Shown here: piece by piece, positions 8,901 through 16,638 of the stretch
Layout: every line of letters begins with the position of its first letter
Numbering within the stretch: the stretch's first letter is position 1
Source of the DNA: Candidatus Eiseniibacteriota bacterium
GTDB taxonomy: Bacteria > Eisenbacteria > RBG-16-71-46
Length of the DNA stretch: 63,355 nt
Direction of reading: 5' to 3'
Assembly (NCBI GenBank): GCA_031364845.1
Contig: JANLWX010000033.1
Location: forward strand, 1-63,355
Program-made: the position numbers and the translations under genes
Notes under the pieces: model-generated
The model's database searches: none
What the model was told of the DNA's origin: nothing
Seen by the model: the letters and a program-made list of their open reading frames with translations, nothing else

Positions 8901-9558
8901 CGACCGCGACACGCACGAGTTCCTCGACGAGTTCCCGCGGATAGACCGCGCCGGTCGGGTTGTGGGGATTGTTGATGATGACGCTCGAGATGCCGCCGGA
9001 GGCGAGGATGCGTTCCAGTTCCTGCGGAGAGGGAAGGAACTCGGGAGAGGACGTCGGCAGTTCGACGACCCGCTTGCCGGCCCGCTCGATGAACCAGTCG
9101 TACTCCCAACTCGGCCGCGGGACCACGACGCCGGTTCCATCCGCGCCCAGCACTTCGAGGACCATTGCCAGCCCGGAGCGCGTGCCCGGAGTGAAGATGA
9201 CCTCGTCCGGCAGGAACCGCACATCGCTCGCGGGATAGTCGATCAGGCCATCCCGGTTGAAGAAGCCCGCCACCTCGCTGCGGACATCCATGCGCCCCGT
9301 GGCGGGGCCGTAGCTGTGCACGGTGTTGCGGGTGATCCGCTGCGCGGCCCGCACGACCTCGGGGTGCGGAGCGAAGTCCGCGTTCTTGTAATCGCCCTGA
9401 GTAAGGTCGAGAGCCCCTTCCTGCTGCACCCTGCGGGCGAACAGGCGGACCAGCGGCTCGGGAGTGGCCAGGGCCGTGAGCGAGATAGGCCCGACGACGG
9501 GGTCCGTCGATGCAGGGGCCGGATCTGAAGTCAGCGGACTGATGGACTTGCTCTTCAT
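5953..9558 (-). CDS. ppcA: Fusion of a PLP-dependent aminotransferase class I/II with an archaeal-type phosphoenolpyruvate carboxylase
   Basis: N-half: YGPATG, NNPHNPTG, DSVY, SGLSK (PLP Lys), G.R, RLSY. C-half follows the PpcA motif order TKHPD, DFEG, FRVPNP, IYE, PLCE, RIFVAMSD, G.G..GFRG, YGRS, LPRAI. Confidence 0.85.
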   Translation of the reverse strand: MKSKSISPLTSDPAPASTDPVVGPISLTALATPEPLVRLFARRVQQEGALDLTQGDYKNADFAPHPEVVRAAQRITRNTVHSYGPATGRMDVRSEVAGFFNRDGLIDYPASDVRFLPDEVIFTPGTRSGLAMVLEVLGADGTGVVVPRPSWEYDWFIERAGKRVVELPTSSPEFLPSPQELERILASGGISSVIINNPHNPTGAVYPRELVEELVRVAVAHRVFVLYDSVYQRLDYVGLFVNPVFAHPEWRDWVVTLSGLSKMDMFGASTGARACWMVISDQIKTGNIRAREILGNLSAWLVATPSTLAQDWALAALQSPLAALRRPSPYMQERRDFMARAADELAPLGVERTDFGGTFYSPLAFPGLIGEPFDRLSNGVHERAIVRNSVDTFEFLLSGGVGGIPFVAFAGKDSARYGTWQRLSYGSKDVKELAVFMDRVRTRLILQGRLGSSAPAAIAAAMPSIEESVWTSTCTREKYPALDDLDPEAFHEAHRRFLENPRHEELRLTGTKHPDSTTHRAVQLARAIESVPEGAPDRVHRALTHLEWNPLVEAREEYEETIVDLLGPCNEVLLDFEGRQISPDWLDVPEKVVLALLRHGIIPGEDRHLLFRVPNPFIEQDEEKISRILASVARANFLFLLACERLDIEPQQNAIYEISVPQVNSRAELGAVIKIGTLYREAIDNLFAGLPERIDAFLSRRIPEAKRAALRARVVRVRLVPLCENVGALSHLPDLLEAFYQALERGQVAEGLPTPSTFTTRFDGTGALVRIFVAMSDTAEQSGKIATDVAYTLAVAKRDEAERRLAERARRIGEPAPRLTYLIGAGRAGFRGGFDPQHPGVVAQFCRADGVTMQGIRADAPAEADRLAEMYRSAMAVRSLPPAIGGSESDALFKLLETGVRIHTETLLRIAPLIAPFGGLVPQTRVRIRATGSVNYGRSIPEYPEEWGGGKELPDVRDLRDAWPEGVTLPRAIVYNLGCTTLGLPGVTSDLAALDRRAAILLERHVPGYREIIASELPCFVKESVALVFGRKLAEGTAKRCLRAAAALWVDVRVREELVAPTCLFAMLYLRYMAEDSESWDETKEHESLTTREEELIRETSSGTFGALCAEPPGNRWHILQTLVDAEEASRLLLAHELTIEEKREFVDLRIEGWLRTLPDALSRELRTGWSRVRELGKDELTLEAIERLVALEVLRGSRGA

Positions 9559-9570
9559 CGCTTCCGTCCC

Positions 9571-10401
9571 TCAGGTCCTCGGTTGGGCGACAGTCGACTG
9601 GTTGGCATCGAAACGGGCCGCAAACGCACGAACCGTCAGCACCGCGAGGCTGGCGGTGGCCACGCCGAAGAACACGAACCACACGCGATCAGGAATTTCG
9701 GCGAGGGAGAAGAGCTTCCGGTGCACGATCGAGGCCGCGAGCACGAGGCCGGAGAAGGTGAAGAGCGCCACCGCGCCCAGACGGACCTCGAGCCACACGT
9801 GTTGTCGAGCCAGCATCAGGCTGCCGAGTCCGTATGAGAGAAATGGCGCCGAGTAGATCTGGAGCAGGAGAGACGTCGCCTTCCAGGGCCACACGTTGAT
9901 CATCGCGGTGGGAGCGATCAGGAGGGCCAGGCCCGCCAACATGAGCGCTGCGCCTTGCGCGTTCAGATAACGCCGCGCCCAGGCCGGCAGAGGCGTGCTC
10001 GTTTGTGGGTAACTTGCGTCTCCGCGATGACGCCAGGCCAGCACGGCGGCGATCAGCGGGTATACGAAGTAGGCGCCGTACCAGACCCAGACCTGGCGTA
10101 GTGAATAGTCGAATTCGTGGCGGTGAAGAAGCGAGACCACGAACAGCATCCCGGTCCAGATTGCGATCATAGGAACCACGACCTTGACCTCACACCAGCG
10201 CCGCGCCAGGACAGCGCCGACCATGAAGACCAGGCCCGACAGATACATGGCGCCCAGGAATCGCGAGTGCAACGGCGGGACCTGCCACGGAATCATCTGC
10301 CCGATCTCGGCGGGTGTGAAGTAGCCGGCGAACCCGACTCGGAGCGCCAGCAAACCCACGGCAGCGAAGTAGATCCGGTGAAGCCAGGTCAGTGATTTCA
10401 T
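9571..10401 (-). CDS. Multi-pass membrane protein with a two-fold internal repeat
   Basis: About 8 hydrophobic helices; repeated PW.V.PL..RF.GA.YLS / PWK.T.L..QIYSAPFLS. Confidence 0.8.
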   Translation of the reverse strand: MKSLTWLHRIYFAAVGLLALRVGFAGYFTPAEIGQMIPWQVPPLHSRFLGAMYLSGLVFMVGAVLARRWCEVKVVVPMIAIWTGMLFVVSLLHRHEFDYSLRQVWVWYGAYFVYPLIAAVLAWRHRGDASYPQTSTPLPAWARRYLNAQGAALMLAGLALLIAPTAMINVWPWKATSLLLQIYSAPFLSYGLGSLMLARQHVWLEVRLGAVALFTFSGLVLAASIVHRKLFSLAEIPDRVWFVFFGVATASLAVLTVRAFAARFDANQSTVAQPRT

Positions 10402-10453
10402 CGTACCCCTCGATCCCAATGAGTTGGCTCATGTTGAACGGTTCAACGACACT

Positions 10454-11644
10454 TCAGCGCATGTCGGGAGTGCCGAGCAGTTTCCTCCCCAGAAATACCC
10501 GGACCGAGCTCCAGAAACCGCTGTCGGGCGGCGCCAGATAGGGAAATCGCGAGGAGGTCATCGAGGCGGGGTGGCCCACGCCGTCTCTTACCGGCTTGCC
10601 TTCCACTCCAGCGATGTAGAGCGTGAACAGAGTGTCCATGATGTCGTCCTCGGGTTTGCGGCCACCGCAGGTCTGATGGGCCACGTGGCGAAGGACAGAC
10701 CGCTCGATCTCGAGGAAAGACTGCGGTGCGCAAGGTTTGGTGAGGTCGACCACCAGGAAATCGGCTGCGACCATTCCTGCAAGTGCATCGCGATCTGCAT
10801 CCGTCCAATCATTCCGGCCATCGAGGCTGTCGTAGAACGCGACGTTACCGGCGAGCCTGTCTCGATAGGACTGCTGCTTTGCTGCCGGCACCTGAAACGG
10901 CCGGTCGAGGTTGTAAGCGTCGCGCACATCGATCCTGCGGCGGGCGGCCAGGCTAACGTTGGTGATCTCGGGCCGGCCCACGCGATCGAGTCGTCGGGCA
11001 GCAGCCCGCGTGTCGTCGCGCGTTGTGGTTTCTGCGGCGACGGCGATCAACGAAGGAGGATCGCTGTAGAGCCTGAGGAGATCGATCTCGATGACGATGG
11101 CCATTACATTGGCTCCCGCCAGTGCATTGTCGTCGCGCGGTGGGTCGAGCCGCCCGTCGATCGCGTGCGAGAAGAAGCCGGTGTTGAGGAAGAACGGATC
11201 GGCGCGCATGCCCGCAAACAGGCGGAAGCCATTTCCACGATCTTCGGCTTCCAGCACTCCGTAGCGACTCCGCGCGCTCGCTCCGGTGGAGCTCGTGCAC
11301 GTCACGACCTGCTCCTCCGCGACTTCTGACGTCTCGAAAGTGCAGTTGAGGGCGACCTCGTCGCCGGTTTCAAACGACGGCTCTCCTCCCGAATCTCGGA
11401 TCGTGGTCCGGCGCACGAGAATCGTGTAGTTGACCTTGTCGGAGAAGCGGCCGTTCCTCGGAACGAGCGGGTAGGAATCGAGGATGATCGTCACGAAGCC
11501 AGGCCGGCCGGGGGTGGGGAAGGCGAAGAGATCCGTCAGGTCGGCAGCTCTGCTCGCGGTCGTGGCGGGCCCATCGATGTGATCACTTGCGAGTCCGGGA
11601 CGAGCGAACAGGATTCCGATGACAAGAAAGAGCGACTTCCTCAC
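10454..11644 (-). CDS. DUF4331 family secreted protein
   Basis: Signal peptide then SDHIDGP, DLTDLFAF, FAG.R.DPFF, DRVGRP, GGR.PEDD, FPYLAPP. Confidence 0.88.
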   Translation of the reverse strand: MRKSLFLVIGILFARPGLASDHIDGPATTASRAADLTDLFAFPTPGRPGFVTIILDSYPLVPRNGRFSDKVNYTILVRRTTIRDSGGEPSFETGDEVALNCTFETSEVAEEQVVTCTSSTGASARSRYGVLEAEDRGNGFRLFAGMRADPFFLNTGFFSHAIDGRLDPPRDDNALAGANVMAIVIEIDLLRLYSDPPSLIAVAAETTTRDDTRAAARRLDRVGRPEITNVSLAARRRIDVRDAYNLDRPFQVPAAKQQSYRDRLAGNVAFYDSLDGRNDWTDADRDALAGMVAADFLVVDLTKPCAPQSFLEIERSVLRHVAHQTCGGRKPEDDIMDTLFTLYIAGVEGKPVRDGVGHPASMTSSRFPYLAPPDSGFWSSVRVFLGRKLLGTPDMR

Positions 11645-11833
11645 GGTTGGCGGGCTCCTGTCCTCACCGGCAATGGAAGTTGTCCTTCTAAGGAGGATCC
11701 GGCCTGCCCGCGGCCGGCGAACCTGACGCTTCGCGTTCCTATCATCGGACAGTGTCGCCCATCCCAGCGCAAGTCAACCGGTGCGAGCGCGGGATCGCGA
11801 ACCACGACCGCTGCCGGCCGGTAGCCCAACTCA

Positions 11834-12177
11834 CGCGGCGATCGCACCAACCTCGCGGCGTTCAACGGCGCGTTCGTGAGCCTGATGGGGCGCGCGACCG
11901 CGCTGCCCGACAGCGAGATGTCGGCGTTCAGCGACTTCGTGCTGCCGCTCGTCTATCCGCCCAATCCCAACCAGTTGCGCGACCGTTCCGTCGCAGGCGC
12001 TCCATCAGGACAAGCGAGCGCACAACGCGGTCAGGCTCGCCGTTGTCCGCCCGCATTCACTCGATGACCTGGGACGGGCGCAGCAGCGAGGGCCAGCCGG
12101 TGAACGCGGGGATCTACTTCATTCGCCTGAAGACCGGCGAACGGGTGTGGACAGGCACGGTGGTCCGGCTGCGCTGA
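11834..12177 (+). pseudogene. Relic of a large secreted protein: an internal fragment joined to a C-terminal FlgD-Ig tail
   Basis: RGDRTNLAAFNGAFVSLMGR...F.DFVLPLVYPPNPNQ followed out of frame by WDGRSSEGQPVNAGIYFIRLKTG; no start or signal peptide. Confidence 0.6.
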
Positions 12178-12281
12178 AAGTTTTTGCGCGGCCGTATTCA
12201 ACGGAAGCCAGCCCGATGGGCACTCCGATGATAACCTCGCGCTGAGTCGCGCCACGTTCCACGCCAAACCGGAGGCCCTTC

Positions 12282-12728
12282 GTGCACACACTCGCGCTCA
12301 CGATCCTGGTCATGGTCACGCTTGCCGCTCCCGCAACTCCGGTCGCCAAAGATGGCGTTGCGCTCACGGCGTTTCTGAACGAGTTCCTCGCAGGGGCGTC
12401 ACGCAACGATGCCGCCATGCACGATCGCTTCTGGGCCGACGATCTGATCTATACCGGGTCGTCGGGACGCCGGATCGGCAAGGACGAACTCATGAAAGAC
12501 GTCCGCTCCGCGCCGGCACCCGCGCCCAGCGATCCCAAGGTCGTCTACACCGCCGAGGACATTCGCATTCAGCAATACGGGGACGCGGCATTGGTGGCAT
12601 TTCGACTCGTCGCCACCACAACCGCGGCGGAATCCACGAGCGTGGCCCGCTATCTCAACAGCGGCATGTTCCTCAAGCGCGGCGGACGCTGGAAGGTGGT
12701 GGGCTGGCAGGCGACGAAGATGCCGTGA
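12282..12728 (+). CDS. NTF2-like / DUF4440 secreted protein
   Basis: Signal peptide; FWADDLIYTGSSG, IRIQQYGD.A.V.F, KRGGRWKVV.WQAT; GGAGG RBS. Confidence 0.88.
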   Translation: MHTLALTILVMVTLAAPATPVAKDGVALTAFLNEFLAGASRNDAAMHDRFWADDLIYTGSSGRRIGKDELMKDVRSAPAPAPSDPKVVYTAEDIRIQQYGDAALVAFRLVATTTAAESTSVARYLNSGMFLKRGGRWKVVGWQATKMP

Positions 12729-12763
12729 GCCAAGCCCATCGCGTCGATCCGTTCGAATTACGA

Positions 12764-12797
12764 GTGGCGCGGCACCAGCGATTCGGCGCCGCGCCAC
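12764..12797. terminator. Stem-loop between the convergent DUF4440 and DUF1579 genes (also at ~27755-27787)
   Basis: gtggcgcggcacc...ggcgccgcgccac in both duplicate copies. Confidence 0.65.
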
Positions 12798-12819
12798 GGT
12801 CACTGCAAGAGTTTCGCGG

Positions 12820-13317
12820 TTACTTCTTGCGCGAGTACTCCATCGTCATCCTCTTCATTTCCTTCTTGCCACCCGGCGGAACGCCATACATTTCGAACGT
12901 GTGGTGGTCGTCGTCGATGATGGTCGTCACCGTGCGCGCCTTGGCGGGCTTGCCCGTAATCGGATCGGACATCGTTCCGTTCCATGTGATCACGTTTCCG
13001 CCGGCGTTCGCGGTGCCTTCGATTTTCATGATTCCGATTCCCATGTTGTCGATCCACGTTGAGACGTACTTGCCGACCACGTTGTCGTAGCCGTAGAGAC
13101 CGATACCCGTGAACGGCATGCCCATCATCTCTCCGGTCGATACTTCCTGAACGTAGCGGCCATCCAGCAGACTCGTGACCGTCGCCGTGGTCTTCGCCTC
13201 CTGCCATGGCTGCGAGGGGTCCATCAGGAACTTGGCCGAGCACTCCCAGTCGCCGACCCACTTCTTCATCGCATCGTGCTGCGGACCGGGCGTGGCGGCC
13301 TTCGCCATCTTCTCCAT
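12820..13317 (-). pseudogene. DUF1579 family protein, 5'-truncated copy lacking the signal peptide
   Basis: Near-identical to 27808-28404 but missing its first ~33 codons, which are replaced by an unrelated relic. Confidence 0.75.
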
Positions 13318-13321
13318 CAGC

Positions 13322-13462
13322 GGCGCCGTAGTGTGCAGCGCTTCTGGTTATCAGTGGGATCCCGTCGTGGTCACGTCGGGCTCCGGCGTAGTGATCATCG
13401 GATGAATGGACCAGCGTGTGGACTCGACCGACGATATCTACGCTCGGCGCATCCCGTTCGAT
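13322..13462 (+). pseudogene. Fragment of a DIYAQR-type beta-propeller repeat protein with an internal stop
   Basis: GAVVCSASGYQWDPVVVTSGSGVVIIG*MDQRVDSTDDIYARRI; the TGA sits where the repeat normally has Trp. Confidence 0.6.
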
Positions 13463-13852
13463 GCTGCGGGCCCGACGGAAAGCCCGCGTCTGCATTATGC
13501 GATATGGATCATCAAGAGAGATCTCGCCGCGCGCCACGAGAGCAGACCGGCGCGTGCCTCCCGGTCGATCGAGCCGCACGCGCCGTGTTTGTCGTTACTC
13601 GGACAGGCTCCTAGCCGTGATAATGCGCGGGTTAGACGCACTGGGAGGGGCGGAAGAGCCACAATTGTCAGAAGTCGGGTGCGGATCATTGCATGTCCTC
13701 AATTGGCCCTCAATTCGTCATTGACTTCTCGTAGGAGCAGAGAGAGTCTCCGACACGCACCGGGGTGCGCTGCAAAGGCCGGTCGACGGAGCGTGTCTCT
13801 GCTTGACGTGGCCATATCACGATGAGCTGACGGCAATCCCATTGGCACCGCT

Positions 13853-14116
13853 TTGCTTGTCTCCACCTCGTGCGCGCCCAAGGCCCACCTGTTCCTCACT
13901 GAACAAGCGGTCAAGGATGCCCTGGACGACGATTTGATCACCGCCTGCGAGGTCGACTACTCGAACAGTCATATCTGTCGATCCCGAATTCCTCATAGCT
14001 CGCGAGAATTCCTCGTTCAGTATCGAGTGGGAATAGGCGGGCCCGATGTCTACCTCGAAATCCAGATGGGGCAGGATCGCTTATGTGTCGGGGCCGATCA
14101 TGGAAAGGGAGTTTGA
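13853..14116 (+). CDS. Small hypothetical protein or relic
   Basis: 87-aa ORF with protein-like composition; no recognisable motif. Confidence 0.25.
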   Translation: MLVSTSCAPKAHLFLTEQAVKDALDDDLITACEVDYSNSHICRSRIPHSSREFLVQYRVGIGGPDVYLEIQMGQDRLCVGADHGKGV

Positions 14117-14229
14117 CGTCTAGCCCCCGCGCCGCTCGCCGGATCTGAAGGGCGTGTGCGTGAGCATCCAAAGCAGCCTCCACCCGCCGCAGGCGGACAT
14201 ATTTCCCACACCGACTCGGGAGGGTCGCC

Positions 14230-15162
14230 ATGAACCGTTTCGTGCCAGTCTTTGTTTTTCTCGCTATCGGTCTCAGTGCCACCATGGCGTGGAGCCAGGT
14301 GCCTCAGCTCATCAGTTACCAGGGCGTCCTCGCTGACAATGCGGGCCAGTTAGTAACAGATGGTAACTATGACATCACCTTCCGGATCTTCGGCAGTGCG
14401 ACTGGCGGTTCGGCGCTTCACGACGAAACTCATATCGGCGTCCCGGTCTCCAAGGGTGGATTCAGCGTGCTGATCGGCAGCGTCCCGGGAGACCCCTTGC
14501 TGTTGCCGTTCACCGTCCCCTACTGGCTGGAGATCCAAGTGGCGCCCGATGCGTCGCCGCTGTCGCCACGTATCCAACTTGTCTCCTCGCCGTATGCCCA
14601 GACGGCGGAGACGGTGCTCGACGGCGCAATCACCAGTGCGAAGATAGCCGATGGGAGCGTCACGAGCCTCGACATCCTCGGTGAGCCGGGCATCGCTTTT
14701 GATCAGGGTGCTGTCAGCTACAGCGTTCCAGCCACGGGCGCCGACCTGGTTGCCCGAACCGTCACGATTACGACGCCGGCCGCCGGGTTCATAATGGTCA
14801 ACTTCAGTGGGTACATGGATATCGGCTCACACACGGCCGGCGTGTTGGGCCAACTGCGCGCCTCGATCTCAGAAACCACGGCACTCGGTCCCAACAGTAC
14901 CTGGAGCCTCAGTACGGTAGGCCGCGAGGTTGCTTCCGGCACGGTGTATGGGTCGACAGTCTCGAGGAGCTTCGTCTATTCCAAACCGGCCGGCACTTAC
15001 ACGTTCTACCTTGTTTGCGACAGCTTCGGTGGCGGCGAATCGGTCGTGATCCGGTACCCCTCACTGAATGCCGTATACATCCCAAGCGCGTATGGCACCT
15101 CGACCGGTGCCGGCCCGACAGGCCCGCAACCGTCCTCTTCGGACGGCCTCGCCCCCCGCTGA
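14230..15162 (+). CDS. Secreted hypothetical protein (QVPQLISYQG.L.D-type N-terminal domain)
   Basis: GGAGG RBS, signal peptide, ISYQGVL...F.IF, G.FSVLIG, PYA, GAITSAKIADG. Confidence 0.85.
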   Translation: MNRFVPVFVFLAIGLSATMAWSQVPQLISYQGVLADNAGQLVTDGNYDITFRIFGSATGGSALHDETHIGVPVSKGGFSVLIGSVPGDPLLLPFTVPYWLEIQVAPDASPLSPRIQLVSSPYAQTAETVLDGAITSAKIADGSVTSLDILGEPGIAFDQGAVSYSVPATGADLVARTVTITTPAAGFIMVNFSGYMDIGSHTAGVLGQLRASISETTALGPNSTWSLSTVGREVASGTVYGSTVSRSFVYSKPAGTYTFYLVCDSFGGGESVVIRYPSLNAVYIPSAYGTSTGAGPTGPQPSSSDGLAPR

Positions 15163-15352
15163 CGATGAGCGTCGACATGCGTACCACGTGGGACAGTATC
15201 CTACCCGCTCTATCGAGGCGGCCAGTTTTCTGGATCCGCGACCTCGAGTGCGATCGGCTTGGATCGGGCGAAGGAATGAGGCTAACGACAGGGAACGATG
15301 TCTGTGACGCGCAGTGCGTGTCATGCGCTTCATCATGAAAGGCCGGCATCCG

Positions 15353-15910
15353 ATGAGACATTCGATGATCATAATCGTCGCGGCGACCCTGGCTACGACC
15401 CTGGCTACGACAGCAATCAAGGCAGATGCCTTCACCTTGCGTGGCTACGTCGTGGCGACCGGAGGCACGCCCGCGACAGGAATCACCGGCGCCGGGCGGG
15501 CGATGTATGGCACCATCGGCCAATCGGTGGTCGGTGTGAGCAGCGCCGCGCGTACCGTCTGCGATGGGTTCTGGTGTTTCGGCGGCGTGCGCGTCTTGGC
15601 GGTTGAGCCGCTGGAAACCCTGGGGCTGCCCACGAAGGTGTCGTTCAGCGCGCCGCGACCGAATCCTGCGCACGACCGAGTCGGCTTCGAATTGGCCCTG
15701 CCCGGCGAGGCCACTGTGATTCTGACCATCTTCGACGTTCACGGGCGACATGTGCTCACCATGCTCGACCGCCGGCTGCACGCTGGTCATTATCGTGTGC
15801 AGTGGGATGGCTTGGACGGAGGCGGTGCCGGCGGCGCGGGAGTCTATTTTGCGCGCCTTCTGGTCGACGGCCGGCCAGTGGCCACTCAGCGTATCGTGAT
15901 GCTCCGATAG
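15353..15910 (+). CDS. Small secreted protein with a C-terminal FlgD-Ig/T9SS-like domain
   Basis: Signal peptide; GTIGQ...GFW; PNP, IFDVHGR, WDG, GVYFARL. Confidence 0.85.
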   Translation: MRHSMIIIVAATLATTLATTAIKADAFTLRGYVVATGGTPATGITGAGRAMYGTIGQSVVGVSSAARTVCDGFWCFGGVRVLAVEPLETLGLPTKVSFSAPRPNPAHDRVGFELALPGEATVILTIFDVHGRHVLTMLDRRLHAGHYRVQWDGLDGGGAGGAGVYFARLLVDGRPVATQRIVMLR

Positions 15911-16638
15911 CAGGTTCACGGTCATTCATCCCCGGCTCGCTCCGGTAAAATCGAAACAGGCACCATGAAGGCTGGGCTCAGGTGCGTCGACTGACTCTGC
16001 TTTAGACCAGAGATTGGGCGTCGCGCCGCATGAGCTGATTCATCGATCCCAACGGTCGTGACCGCGTCTTAGAAATTCAGCCTTCATCGGCTCTCCTCCC
16101 TGAGCGCCTTCAGGAGAGATCGGCCGAATTTCCCATGCCTCCGGACGTGCCGTTTGAGGAGGGCGTGCTCGACACGACCTACTCGAACCTCCCGGTGCGG
16201 CGGCAGAGTGCGGGCGAAGGATAGCGGTATGAAACGCATCCCTCCTCCGGTGCGAAGGCCTGATCGATTGTCCTGAGCGAGGCCCGGCAACCGGTCGTGC
16301 CGGGGTCGGTTGACTTCCGCGGGGATGGGCAACACAGTCCGACCATTGAAACGTGAGTGTCGGAGTTCGCTGGCTGCTGGCAGACTGGCTCCTCTTTCGC
16401 CTCATTGTCAGTCTGGTGATGGTCTCATTGGTGTGATGGTTGCAGGCCACCGGGGAGTTTTCCATTCTTGGAGGGTAGCGAACAACTTTTTTTCGGGTTC
16501 CTCGCGAGCCATCCGCGCGTGATCTAGTTCGAAGGGCGAGATGAACTCTTTGCGCTCGTTCCCGTATGTGGCTGCGGCGGATCGAATCCCAGAACTCGCC
16601 GCCCACCTACGTGCCCACTTCGATCGAGGACGAAACCG

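Larger units (their letters stand above)
12666..13319. repeat. Segmental duplication copy A (DUF4440 3' end + hairpin + DUF1579); copy B at 27669-28307
   Basis: Closely similar nucleotide and protein sequence in both copies, same orientation. Confidence 0.92.

Noticed and set aside
5908..9528. Long plus-strand ORFs (487, 370 and 184 aa) opposite the aminotransferase-PpcA gene, and similar shadows at 671-1759, 21879-23390 and 24839-26140
   Set aside because: Antisense shadow ORFs typical of high-GC DNA; no motifs
13853..14116. MqsR-like toxin (DVYL motif)
   Set aside because: Similarity limited to a few residues and no adjacent antitoxin
15960..16630. Small ORFs or a structured RNA upstream of the CHAT gene
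   Set aside because: Several short overlapping ORFs without motifs or a clear RBS; no convincing stem pattern
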